Assembly: GCA_963835575.1 (NCBI GenBank)
Contig: CAWIGG010000005.1
Location: forward strand, 1-64,000
Length of the DNA stretch: 64,000 nucleotides
Direction: 5' to 3'
Origin: an uncultured Spirochaetota bacterium
Lineage (GTDB): Bacteria; Spirochaetota; Brevinematia; Brevinematales; JAOACQ01
This document shows positions 39,556-49,454 of the stretch, piece after piece (the stretch's first letter is position 1; every line of letters starts with the position of its first letter). The position numbers and the translations under genes are program-made. The notes under the pieces are model-generated. The model had not been told where the DNA came from, did not search any database, and saw only the letters and a program-made list of their open reading frames with translations.

Positions 39556-40605
39556 ATGGGTAAATTAATATTATCTCTCATGCTCGTTTTACTAATTTCA
39601 ATCAATTTATTTTCAAAACAGGCTGACATTTATTTTCCGCCGCATACCGGGATGTTGTTTTGCGAAAACAATAACCTTCAATTATTAAAATTTAATATGA
39701 ATTATGTCAGCAATCATTTTATCAATATTTATTCCATAAGTAATTTGTCTCAGACAACGCAGGAAATGATACTCTATTTACCGCTGAAGGGAGAATTTAT
39801 CGATCGGGAAATGCATGGCCCGGAGTTCAGAAACAAAAAAGATGAATTTAATTATCTGATTAATTACTTTGACCCTCATCTATCGGTTTTAAATCAGACA
39901 AACAGCTTTCATTATTCAATAAAAAAGAATGTTTTTGATTATAACTTTGCTTTTAAATGGGATTTGAATATAAATCCCGGCCAGCTAATTGTTCTGTCAA
40001 ATGAATATTACCAATATTTTCCTGAAAGTGAAAATTTTGGCATCGGATTAAGGATAAGAAGTCTATGGTTTATGATTTCCCGCAAATTCTGGAAAAATAA
40101 TATTAAAAATATCGATCTGTATTTTCATACCTATCAATTTCATCCCTATCTTCATCGTACAGGAAATATTTTTGTTACTGTAATGGAATACAGCATATCC
40201 AACAATGTGAAATTAAGTTATCCGGATAATAACAATGTACTGGTCGAGTATCATTTTACCAATGAATTGCCGGCAAATGAGAATTTTTATATAACATCGA
40301 AGCAGAAAAATTTATTCATGGATGAAACGAATTTCATTCAACCCATGAATAATAAAACATATTTCTATGCGGCGGTCACGAATATGTGCGGTGAATTGTA
40401 TTATCATTGTCCAAAACAGGTCTACCGGTTTTTGATAAACTCCATCTATGCCGTTAATAATTATTATTTTAAAGATAAAGATATCTACAATTATTACCGT
40501 CAGTATGACTGGTATTCGCCGGAAACAAATAAAACACTCCTGAATGAACCGGATCAAAGATTAATAGATAAAATCCATCAGATGGAATTAAAGACCAACG
40601 ATTAA
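39556..40605 (+). CDS. Secreted hypothetical protein with C-terminal YARHG-like domain
   Basis: Signal peptide; NSIYAVNNYYFKD..YYRQYDWYSP. Confidence 0.6.
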   Translation: MGKLILSLMLVLLISINLFSKQADIYFPPHTGMLFCENNNLQLLKFNMNYVSNHFINIYSISNLSQTTQEMILYLPLKGEFIDREMHGPEFRNKKDEFNYLINYFDPHLSVLNQTNSFHYSIKKNVFDYNFAFKWDLNINPGQLIVLSNEYYQYFPESENFGIGLRIRSLWFMISRKFWKNNIKNIDLYFHTYQFHPYLHRTGNIFVTVMEYSISNNVKLSYPDNNNVLVEYHFTNELPANENFYITSKQKNLFMDETNFIQPMNNKTYFYAAVTNMCGELYYHCPKQVYRFLINSIYAVNNYYFKDKDIYNYYRQYDWYSPETNKTLLNEPDQRLIDKIHQMELKTND

Positions 40606-40939
40606 ATGATGTTCCGGCTTTCGCCCGGCAAGCGGTGCGGTGAGCTTGCCGGATCGGGCGTAGCTCTAAGGCTTGCGGACTTTGCATACGCCAACCGTCT
40701 GTGTGATATTGCGGAATATAAATAATAAAAAAAAACTGATGATAAGTATTAAAAAATACTGCGCTAAAAAATAAAACATGCAATCAACATTCTTGTCGGC
40801 TGAGAATCATGTAATTAGTATAATTTTTTTTAATATTAGAGTATAATAAGATGCATTATGAATAAAAAATACCGTCCGTAAACGGCGCTTTGATAAACGC
40901 AAGCCAATGTTTATGCCATAAAAAAGAAAGGAATTAGAA

Positions 40940-42157
40940 ATGAACATATTAGTTTTTAACTGCGGGAGTTCTTCGGTATCTTACAAGGTTTTTGGAGTTG
41001 AGGATATAAATAAAATTGAAGTTGTCACCGCGGGTAAGGCGCATAGAGTTGGAGTAAAAGGCAGTGAACTTTCCTTTGTAGAGCATAAGTTTAAAGGAAG
41101 AATCCAAAAGGATGTATTACCGATAACGAATTACAGGCAGGCGGCAAAGCTGATACTAAATTTCATCAAAGAAAATAATATTAAAATAGATTGTATAGGC
41201 AATAGATTTGTTCACGGCGGGACCTATTTCCAAAAATCAGCTTTTGTTAATGAAGAGAACCTGAGAAAACTCAAATTATGCATGCCGCTTGCGCCTCTTC
41301 ATAATCCAATTGCCTTGAGTGTGATTTTTGAATCCAGGAAAGTTTTACCTGATATCCGGCAATACGTTGTTTTTGATTCTGCGTTTCATTCGACTATTCC
41401 TGATTATGCATACACTTATGCGCTGCCGAAGAATATAGCGGAAAAATACAATTATCGAAAATATGGTTTTCATGGTCTTTCTTATTTATATGTTATTAAA
41501 ACTGTATCTGATTTTTTGGGAACACCGGCTGAAAAACTGAAAATCGTTGCATGCCATCTCGGAACGGGCGGTTCAAGCGTGGCGGCTGTTAACAATGGCT
41601 GTTCTGTTGACACTTCCATGGGCTTTTCTCCTTTATCCGGGCTGGTGATGAGTACGCGAAGCGGGGATATTGACCCGATGATTATGATATATCTGATGGT
41701 TATTTATGGATACAGGAATGATGCTTTGCTGAATTTGCTCAATAAAAATAGCGGTCTGCTCGGCGTTTCAGGATTTTCAAGCGATATAAGAGACATCATA
41801 GGCAGAATTCCCGGAGAAAAACAGGCGGGACTTGCTTTCAATATGTATATACAGCGTTTAAAAAAATATATAGGAAGTTATATTATAGCCGCGTTAGGAG
41901 GGCTGGATGTTTTAATATTCACGGATGATATAGGCATAAAAAACCCGTTTGTCAGGGAAAAAGTTTGCGAAGGCATGGAATGGTGCGGGATTGCGCTGAA
42001 CAAAGGAAAGAATAAAAACTACGATATGAAAAAACCGGAACTCCTGAATTCAAGTAATTCAAAAGTGCGTATTGCTGCGATACCGACAGATGAGGAAGTA
42101 GTCATTGCCTGGGAAGGTATTAAATTATTTAAGGAAGAAATAAATGCTGCTTTTTGA
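40940..42157 (+). CDS. Acetate/propionate kinase family protein
   Basis: NCGSSS, RFVHGG, APLHNP, YGFHG, DTSMG, TRSGDIDP, PTDEE. Confidence 0.9.
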   Translation: MNILVFNCGSSSVSYKVFGVEDINKIEVVTAGKAHRVGVKGSELSFVEHKFKGRIQKDVLPITNYRQAAKLILNFIKENNIKIDCIGNRFVHGGTYFQKSAFVNEENLRKLKLCMPLAPLHNPIALSVIFESRKVLPDIRQYVVFDSAFHSTIPDYAYTYALPKNIAEKYNYRKYGFHGLSYLYVIKTVSDFLGTPAEKLKIVACHLGTGGSSVAAVNNGCSVDTSMGFSPLSGLVMSTRSGDIDPMIMIYLMVIYGYRNDALLNLLNKNSGLLGVSGFSSDIRDIIGRIPGEKQAGLAFNMYIQRLKKYIGSYIIAALGGLDVLIFTDDIGIKNPFVREKVCEGMEWCGIALNKGKNKNYDMKKPELLNSSNSKVRIAAIPTDEEVVIAWEGIKLFKEEINAAF

Positions 42158-43190
42158 CCCGGAATCGCCCTATTTGAAATGGTACAGGATGAACAAAGGA
42201 AAAACCAAAGAGGGTAAATGCGTTTTGGGAGAAAACTGTCTGGACACTGTAAGTGAAAAACTTGGAGATATCCGGAATGTGAATAAAATAGGTTATATTT
42301 TATATCATGGAGGCGAAGAAATTAAATCGCCTGTAAGCCGTTTAACGGAAAAAAATATTTCTGATTTTGAGAAGTGCGTTAAATACAACCCTGAGCTTAA
42401 TGATATAACCTTCAAAACCGCGAAATACTGGATGAAAAGAATACCCAAAGCGAAGCATTTTTTGTTTTGTGATACTGCGTTTTTTTTGAAGCTCCCTCAG
42501 GAAGTCAGCACTTATGCTATTCCATATGAGCTCAGCAGGAAAGGTGTAAGAAGATATGGAGGATACGGCCTACTCCACCAGTGGGTTTATAAAAAAACCG
42601 AACGGCTGAATAAAAGCGGTATACACAGCTTGATAAGTATTTGCCTGGGAAATAATACCAACATAGCCGCCATAAGAAACAACAGGCCTCTGGATACAAG
42701 CTTAGGTTTTACCCGCATAGAAGGTATAATGTCATCGGGAGGATGCGGCGATATAGACCCTACTATTATATTCAACCTTAATTCCTCGGGTTTGGAATTT
42801 AATGAAATTAACAAGCTGCTGAGTCAAGAATGCGGGTTTTCAGCATTTCTGGGTAAGAATGCCGATTTTTTTGATGTTATTAAAAAGAGGGCCAAAGGAC
42901 CGGCGGCAGATGTAAAAGAAGTTTTCAGCTATAGTATAATAAAATACATTGGGGCTTTTATTGCCGAACTCGGGGGTGTGGATTCTATAGTTTTTTCCAG
43001 CGAAAATCTGCGGGCTGCCGGAAGCTTTATTCTGGAAATAATAGACAAACTTCAGTTTTTAGGGGTAAAATGTAAATTGAAAGAAGGAGGACAGAATGAT
43101 TTTTTTAAAATATCAGGACCAGATTCGAAAATAAAAATCTATTGTTTTAATTACAAAAAGTGGAATATTTTGAATCAAAATTATTTTTAA
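42144..43190 (+). CDS. Degenerate acetate-kinase-like protein (probable pseudokinase)
   Basis: Homologous (HGG, DTAF, DTSLG, GDIDP, KYIG) but lacks NxGSSS, the catalytic Arg/His and the C-terminal TxEE. Confidence 0.75.
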   Translation: MLLFDPESPYLKWYRMNKGKTKEGKCVLGENCLDTVSEKLGDIRNVNKIGYILYHGGEEIKSPVSRLTEKNISDFEKCVKYNPELNDITFKTAKYWMKRIPKAKHFLFCDTAFFLKLPQEVSTYAIPYELSRKGVRRYGGYGLLHQWVYKKTERLNKSGIHSLISICLGNNTNIAAIRNNRPLDTSLGFTRIEGIMSSGGCGDIDPTIIFNLNSSGLEFNEINKLLSQECGFSAFLGKNADFFDVIKKRAKGPAADVKEVFSYSIIKYIGAFIAELGGVDSIVFSSENLRAAGSFILEIIDKLQFLGVKCKLKEGGQNDFFKISGPDSKIKIYCFNYKKWNILNQNYF

Positions 43191-43204
43191 AAGGAGAAAA
43201 TAAA

Positions 43205-43996
43205 ATGACAAAAGAAAAAGCGTTTTTAGAAGACGTCGGAATTAAAGACCTTCCATTTCCGATAAAGGTAATCTCGAAATATAACGAGGATGGACAGCCT
43301 ACGATTGCGAATATTTCCATTAATGCGCGTATCATGCAGGGGTTTGAAGCAGAATGGATAGATAAGTTTATTATGATCCTGCATTCTCACAGGGAAAAAA
43401 TAGGGACTAAAACATTAGCCGCGAATATTCCGGATTATCTTAAAGAATTGAACGCGTCAATGGTTGTTATTGATTTCAATTATCCATTTTTTATTGAAAA
43501 AATAACTCCTGTATCAAAAGAAAAATGTCTTGTCAGATATATGTGTACTTATAGTGCAAAAGCAGTTGCTACCAGGGAAAAACCCACAATAATTTTCAAA
43601 ATATCGGTGCCGGCCCTTACTACATATCCGATTTCAAATGAAGAACAGAAGGGAGGTTTGTTTGCCCAATTAAGTATTGTAAATATTGAGATTGAGCCTA
43701 AAGACCAGATCTTTCCGGAGGATATTGTAAATATGATAGATAAGCATGCATTAGCCCCGGTTTATTCGTTTCTGACAAAAGAAGACCAAAGTTTCATTAT
43801 TAATAAGTTGCATACGGAGAAAAAAACGAGTGTAATTTTAACCGATGAAATAAAGGATGAGCTTGCGCACAATAGAGAAATTGAATGGTATAAGGTCAAC
43901 TGCGCTAACTTAGGAATGCTGCATTCGTACATTACTTTAATCAGCACTGAAAAAAGCATGTGGATCCCGTTCAGCGGCGTTGAAGACGATTTTTAG
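43205..43996 (+). CDS. FolE2 / GTP cyclohydrolase IB-like protein with substituted active site
   Basis: DVGIKDL, PVS, PVYSFL fold motifs; TTYPIS, FAQLS and GMLH replace the usual CPCS, HxQRS and ESIH. Confidence 0.75.
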   Translation: MTKEKAFLEDVGIKDLPFPIKVISKYNEDGQPTIANISINARIMQGFEAEWIDKFIMILHSHREKIGTKTLAANIPDYLKELNASMVVIDFNYPFFIEKITPVSKEKCLVRYMCTYSAKAVATREKPTIIFKISVPALTTYPISNEEQKGGLFAQLSIVNIEIEPKDQIFPEDIVNMIDKHALAPVYSFLTKEDQSFIINKLHTEKKTSVILTDEIKDELAHNREIEWYKVNCANLGMLHSYITLISTEKSMWIPFSGVEDDF

Positions 43997-44164
43997 ATTC
44001 ATCTATTTTTGCAGACTGCCCGGCATTTGTCATCCGGTCTTCAGCGGGCTTATGTCAGGGATCCGATTATTATAATTGCCTCTGCCATCCGTCTTCGGTA
44101 AAAACGCCGCAAATACCCAACGTTGTTCGAAAAATACCGCCCGGCTTTTTGGTAAAGCAGCTGG

Positions 44165-44401
44165 ATGGTAAAAAAATATGAGATTACCGATGGTCCTTAC
44201 TTTAAAATCAGAAATCCGATGTATACTGGAATTATTATCGGCACAATTGGTATGGCTTTAATATTTCGTTCAATAATTGGATCAGTATTAAACATCCCGA
44301 TAATTCTTTTGTTTATATGGCGTATAAGTGAAGAAGAAAAAATTCTAAGAAATGAATTTAAAGAAAAATGGGATGAATATTTTAATTATACCAAGCGATA
44401 A
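44165..44401 (+). pseudogene. C-terminal fragment of an isoprenylcysteine carboxyl methyltransferase-like membrane protein
   Basis: ITDGPY..IRNPMY, EEKIL..F; N-terminal helices absent. Confidence 0.65.
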
Positions 44402-44596
44402 AAATATATAATTGAAAAAAAGGATATTGCAAAAATTCTCACCAATAATAAGGCTTAATATGCGGCCAAAACGGCATCTAACCCGGTGTGAGCGTTGCGC
44501 TTGCTTCAGCAGCGATGCGCTGGAGGCAGCTTCCATCCGCTCAAGCTCGCCTGTGCCGGATGCAGGATAACAGGCGCAAAGTCCGAGGGTAATAAA

Positions 44597-45388
44597 ATGT
44601 TGAATGAAAATCAATACGCGACTTCCGAAAAATTTGACGCGCGGATTTACCTGAACGCGAAATTCAAGACAAACCCGGGATCATGGTTCAAATGGATTTT
44701 CGGGTATTTTCCGAAATACGAAAATTTAAGCGTATTAGAACTGGGCTGCGGAACGGGTTTATTCTGGCTGGTCAACAGGAATGAAATCCCAAAAAGCTGG
44801 GAAATAACGCTTACCGATTATTCAGAAGGAATGCTCGAAGGGACACGGAAAAGCCTTTCCAGGCTGAGCCGCGGTTTCAAGTACGAAGTTGTTAACGCCG
44901 AAGACATCCGTTATCCGGATAAGCATTTTGATATTATCATCGCGAATAATATGCTCTACCATGTTGAAAATAGACCGGCCGCGCTTTCGCATATTTACAG
45001 GACGCTTAAGGACAGCGGGACGTTTTTCGCTTCCACAATGGGAAAAAAAGACATGCTCGAGCTGAATCTTCTCTTTTATAAATTTCTTGATAGCCGGAAC
45101 AGGGCCTTCAGGTTCAGGGAACACCAGTTTTCACTGGAAAACGGAATGGACCAGCTGAAAGCCTTTTTCCCGGATGTGGCAATTTACCGTTATGAAGATA
45201 CGCTGAAAATCAATGAAGCGGAGCCGGTCATTAACTATTATCTGTCATTCAATGATATGCATGAAAATTTAACCGTTCTGCATAAAGAGGATATCGATAA
45301 ATTCAGGGAATATCTTCAGGATATATTAAACACTCAGAGAATTATTTCTGTAACAAAAGATACGGGCATTTTTATCTGTTCAAAATAG
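44597..45388 (+). CDS. Class I SAM-dependent methyltransferase
   Basis: LELGCGTG, TDYSEGM, ANNMLYHV; ATG 44597 after GAGG. Confidence 0.88.
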   Translation: MLNENQYATSEKFDARIYLNAKFKTNPGSWFKWIFGYFPKYENLSVLELGCGTGLFWLVNRNEIPKSWEITLTDYSEGMLEGTRKSLSRLSRGFKYEVVNAEDIRYPDKHFDIIIANNMLYHVENRPAALSHIYRTLKDSGTFFASTMGKKDMLELNLLFYKFLDSRNRAFRFREHQFSLENGMDQLKAFFPDVAIYRYEDTLKINEAEPVINYYLSFNDMHENLTVLHKEDIDKFREYLQDILNTQRIISVTKDTGIFICSK

Positions 45389-45434
45389 ATCATGAAACAT
45401 TCCGGCCTCAGCGGCAAATTCCAGAGGAATTAAA

Positions 45435-46112
45435 ATGAAAAAAATCCTTTTCCTTTCAATATTCATATTTTATCCTTTTTTGCTCTTTTCTTCCGGTCTC
45501 GTTCCGCCGTCCCGTTATTTTGATTTATCTAATTGGATGCTCCAGATCCCCGGTCCGGCTGAAATCAAGAATCTTAATGAATATGCGTCGCTCTATTTCT
45601 TTACGGCCCCCGATCATTCCATTTGTTTTAACCTCGACGCGCAAGATAAAGGCCATACGAAGAACTCGGAATATGTCCGTTCCGAATTACGGCATTTACT
45701 CAACTGGAGCATTGAAGAAAACCATGAGATTTCAGCAACGGTCAAAGTGGCCTGTGATCTGGAAAAATACCAGGTTACGGTAGTTCAAATTCATGGAATT
45801 ACCGGTTCAAATGAAAACGCCCCCCCATTATTGAGAATCGCGGCAGTCAACGGCAATCTGTATGCGTTTCTAAAGACTTATCCCGACGGCAAACATACAG
45901 AAAAAAAACTGCTTAAAACAAAAATCTCCGATTATTTTTCAATTGATATAAAAAATGAAAAAGGCCGATTAACGATATACACCGACGGTCAAACATGTTT
46001 ATATAAAGACTTAAATTTCTGGAAATATAAAAATTACTTCAAGCTCGGGTGCTATCCGCAGGAACACAAAGGCCGTTTCAATGTGTATGTAAAATATTTT
46101 GCTGTACACTAA
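45435..46112 (+). CDS. Secreted polysaccharide lyase family 7 (alginate lyase-like)
   Basis: Signal peptide, RSELR, QIH, YFKLGCYPQ. Confidence 0.88.
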   Translation: MKKILFLSIFIFYPFLLFSSGLVPPSRYFDLSNWMLQIPGPAEIKNLNEYASLYFFTAPDHSICFNLDAQDKGHTKNSEYVRSELRHLLNWSIEENHEISATVKVACDLEKYQVTVVQIHGITGSNENAPPLLRIAAVNGNLYAFLKTYPDGKHTEKKLLKTKISDYFSIDIKNEKGRLTIYTDGQTCLYKDLNFWKYKNYFKLGCYPQEHKGRFNVYVKYFAVH

Positions 46113-46114
46113 AT

Positions 46115-46280
46115 GCGGTACATCTTTCAGGTCAAAAGGATGAAAAATGGGACGATTCTGTGCTGGTGAGTTATCCTTCATTCAGGGCTTTTATGCCGAT
46201 GGGTCCCGTACCGGAAGCATACGAGGGCCCGGCACACCGTAAAACCACTCTTTAAGACGCGCGGACAATAATTATACGGA
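46115..46280 (+). pseudogene. DUF1330-like gene remnant
   Basis: EKWDDSVLVSYPSFRAF..HRKTTL*DARTI. Confidence 0.4.
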
Positions 46281-46428
46281 CGCCGAACTGAAAATTGCTA
46301 AAAGGCGGGTTTATTAACTGAAATTTTGAATTAGACATAGGAGAGTATGGGATAAAATACCTATTGTTCTCTAAAAAATTTGCCGTTAAAATATTTCCTG
46401 TCTGATTGAATATTCAAGGAGGAAATAA

Positions 46429-46821
46429 ATGGAGCTGAAAAAAGTATTATCCATATTATTCATAGCCGCCATAGTTCTCTTAGTGCTGGGATTACTCACG
46501 CTGGTCCCCAGCCCCGGAGCGTCCAAACCGAGCCTGCTGGGATATAAAGCCAAATGCTCCTTCACCCCGGTTTCGACTCTGATCCTTTTCTGGATGGCCC
46601 TGGTCCTCTATACCATACGCGCCCGGCTTATGAATGAAAGCGGAATTCTCGGTTCCTTCGCTCTTCTTATCGTATTATCGATTGTGTTTCTTGCCGGCAT
46701 TATTTTTTATTCCTTCAGATATGCGGCAGTCAATGCCAAAACCGTTAAGATCGGTAGTAACAGAGTTGTTGCTTTGAATACGGGAAAAAGCATGGGAAAA
46801 TCCATGGGGCCAAAAAAATAG
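46429..46821 (+). CDS. Hypothetical membrane protein
   Basis: RBS AGGAGG; three hydrophobic segments. Confidence 0.7.
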   Translation: MELKKVLSILFIAAIVLLVLGLLTLVPSPGASKPSLLGYKAKCSFTPVSTLILFWMALVLYTIRARLMNESGILGSFALLIVLSIVFLAGIIFYSFRYAAVNAKTVKIGSNRVVALNTGKSMGKSMGPKK

Positions 46822-46871
46822 TAAGCCGGGACCTGATCAATTCCGGTTTTATAAAACAGGAGAGTTTATTT

Positions 46872-47702
46872 ATGAAAATAATAATACTCATTTCAGGCAT
46901 TATTCTGGTTTTAATTATCGCCGCGGCCGGTTTTTTTGTCTGGGGCTTTATTCAAAAATTCCTGGCCATGGAAATCATACGGGTTGATCCTCAATTGACT
47001 TTATACATCGGCGGAGGGGGAAACTCATTCGTACTGACATCGGAGGACGGCTCTCAAGCTCTGGTTGTCGACACAAAAATGGGAGAAGGCTCAAAAAAGC
47101 TCCGGGAAACCGTCAAGGCCGGTGATATCACTATTGTCAATACGCACTGTCATCCCGATCATATTGGAGGAAATTCCCTCTATCCGGCGGCGAAAATAAT
47201 CGCGGGTTCCTATACAAAGGAACAGTGGGGTATCAATAAAGACAATAGATATCCCTATATTACAATTAAGCCTGGGGAAGAAAAAGTCATTAAAATAGGC
47301 GGCGAGACTGCGCACATACGGAACATGGGGCAGGCCCATTCCTGGGATGATGTTGTCGTCTATTGCGAAAAGCGCAAACTTCTTGCCGCCGGTGATATAG
47401 TCGTCATCAATATGCACCCTGTGATCGTTCCCCAGGGAGGCGCGAATATTTCCGCATGGACCGCCGCTCTCGATAAATTATATAAGACTTATGATATAAA
47501 AACCCTTCTGCCGGGGCACGGCGGCGTTTCGGACAGGACCGCGCTCCTGACCATGAAAGATTACTTCGATTCAATCGGCGCCGCCGCCGGTAATCCGGCC
47601 CAATTGCAGGAGCTGAGAAGGAAATGCAAGGATTATTTATCATTCCCGTTTTTCGCGAACTTTGACAGGACTGTCGAAATAATAAAAAGCGAAAAAAAAT
47701 AA
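46872..47702 (+). CDS. Metallo-beta-lactamase-fold hydrolase
   Basis: THCHPDH, AHS, GD, PGHG; N-terminal anchor. Confidence 0.88.
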   Translation: MKIIILISGIILVLIIAAAGFFVWGFIQKFLAMEIIRVDPQLTLYIGGGGNSFVLTSEDGSQALVVDTKMGEGSKKLRETVKAGDITIVNTHCHPDHIGGNSLYPAAKIIAGSYTKEQWGINKDNRYPYITIKPGEEKVIKIGGETAHIRNMGQAHSWDDVVVYCEKRKLLAAGDIVVINMHPVIVPQGGANISAWTAALDKLYKTYDIKTLLPGHGGVSDRTALLTMKDYFDSIGAAAGNPAQLQELRRKCKDYLSFPFFANFDRTVEIIKSEKK

Positions 47703-47724
47703 AATTTATAAAAAGGAGCGGAAT

Positions 47725-48048
47725 ATGAATAAGTTTTTATTCGGCATTATTATTGGAATCTTTGCGGGCATCATAGATGTTATCCCCATGATCATGCAGA
47801 AATTATCCCTGGAAGCGGATTTATCGGCATTTTCCATGTGGGTGGTCATCGGGTTTTTTATCGCGGCAAGCTCATTGAAAATCAACGGCATCATCAAAGG
47901 CATACTGATCTCTTTTCTTGTTTTAATGCCGGCCGCGGTCATCATAGGCTGGAAGGAGCCGCAGAACCTTGTCCCGATCGGCATTATGACTCTGATACTC
48001 GGAAGTCTTTCCGGCTTTGTTATCACAAAGTATAAAAATAATCAATGA
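47725..48048 (+). CDS. Small four-helix membrane protein
   Basis: RBS AAGGAG; hydrophobic throughout. Confidence 0.72.
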   Translation: MNKFLFGIIIGIFAGIIDVIPMIMQKLSLEADLSAFSMWVVIGFFIAASSLKINGIIKGILISFLVLMPAAVIIGWKEPQNLVPIGIMTLILGSLSGFVITKYKNNQ

Positions 48049-48121
48049 TCTTTTTTTTCCGCCGGATTTACATCAATAAATTTATCAAATAACTGCATAG
48101 AAATTTCAATCTTATGAGTTG

Positions 48122-48571
48122 AAACCACAGACGCCGTGGTGTGGTTCTGCAGTAGACTGTGTGAAAAGTCGGTGTTTTGCATCGTAATTCTATATTTTTC
48201 GTTCCGTAACTTCAATAAATACGTGGCGAAAAATAGTTTTCACACAGTCTGCAGGCTCACCAACCAAGCTTGTCGAACCATTACACTGATTACACAGAAT
48301 AAAATTTTGAAGTATAGATTTGGAAAGCCTGGTTAGTGACACTCCCCGTCTTACCAGGGATCCAAGCGGATTAAACCTCAATACAAGTCTATGAAATCAT
48401 TTTAAAATTATAAATATTGAAAAAGAAATGAAAAACGATCCGGGAACTAAGAAAATTATTGGTGCGGTAAATAGTTTCAATTTAGTATTTTTAATAAAAA
48501 AATATAATAAAACCATGAAACTGTTGGTGAGCGAAATTGTATCCTTCAGTGAAATCTGTGTAATCTGTGGT
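48122..48571. repeat. CACAGA-type repeat element with nested insertions and a GxxExxY N-terminal remnant
   Basis: AAACCACAGA..ATTACACTGATTACACAGA ... GTGAAATCTGTGTAATCTGTGGT; ATG 48428 gives MKNDPGTKKIIGAV. Confidence 0.55.
48153..48251. mobile_element. 99-bp MITE with IS1182-like ends
   Basis: TAGACTGTGTGAAAA ... TTTTCACACAGTCTG; flanking CAG duplicated. Confidence 0.7.
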
Positions 48572-48866
48572 CCCCTTCCGTTGTACCTTTTCCATTAAAT
48601 AATCAGCATAGTTTTGTTCTTAATAATAATATGCTTTATACTATATTATAGAAGGCCCGATCAGCAAATTTGAGATGGAACGCATACCAATCCCATTCCC
48701 CGCTATAAAACCATTCTTATCCTCTACCTGAAAGAACTGCAGAAACAGGCAAAAAAGCTCGATGAGGAAAATTGTTCTATTTTAACAAATCCTGCCTTTT
48801 GTCTGAAATTAGAAATGGAAAAAGATAAGATCATCCTGGATTACCTCTAATAAATATAACTCTACC

Positions 48867-48895
48867 TTGACATGTCAACTGAACATGGTTATATT
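48867..48895 (+). promoter_or_regulatory. sigma70 promoter with palindrome over the -35
   Basis: TTGACA-17bp-TATATT; TTGACATGTCAA is a perfect 12-bp palindrome. Confidence 0.6.
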
Positions 48896-48992
48896 GTATT
48901 AAGGAAATCAATTATATGATGAGATGTTATTCTGAGGGCAAAAATAGCATCTATTATTGTTTTATAAAACATAATTTAATAAGGAGTCTTAT

Positions 48993-49415
48993 ATGCTGAA
49001 AAAGGTTTTATATCTTTTTATGTTATCATTCTCGGTGATATTCCTGTCGCGCTGCATGTTTGAATCAGACATTTCAGTCAGAAGATCGTACACAGTTGTT
49101 TATGTTGAGGACCCGGTGCTGTTCATCATACCCGGCACATATGTTTATTATATCAACAGCAAAGACAGTGATAACTTTTTCTACGACGGGTTCTGTTGGA
49201 AGTCATGGAACGGCATATGGTACAGGGCTGAAGTCTATTCGGGACCATGGACAGAGGTGGATATTGCGTCAGTGCCTTATGATATTATCAATCTGCCGCC
49301 CAGCTGGAGAGATATACCGGACGATACGCCCCGGATCGGATGGGGCGAAGTTAAAGTAAACTGGCAGACCTGGCACAGGGATAGATACTGGGAAACCCGG
49401 CATTGGAGAAGGTAA
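48993..49415 (+). CDS. Hypothetical Trp-rich exported protein / lipoprotein
   Basis: RBS AAGGAG; signal with LSRC; aromatic-rich GPW motif. Confidence 0.7.
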   Translation: MLKKVLYLFMLSFSVIFLSRCMFESDISVRRSYTVVYVEDPVLFIIPGTYVYYINSKDSDNFFYDGFCWKSWNGIWYRAEVYSGPWTEVDIASVPYDIINLPPSWRDIPDDTPRIGWGEVKVNWQTWHRDRYWETRHWRR

Positions 49416-49454
49416 GGAATTAATTGTTTTGTTCACTTTCTTTTGTTTTAATGC

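Noticed and set aside
40860..40935. Possible riboswitch upstream of the kinase operon
   Set aside because: Only short hairpins; no aptamer consensus that I can recognise
46872..47702. MBL-fold protein and serine hydrolase as beta-lactam resistance genes
   Set aside because: Fold motifs alone do not establish beta-lactamase activity
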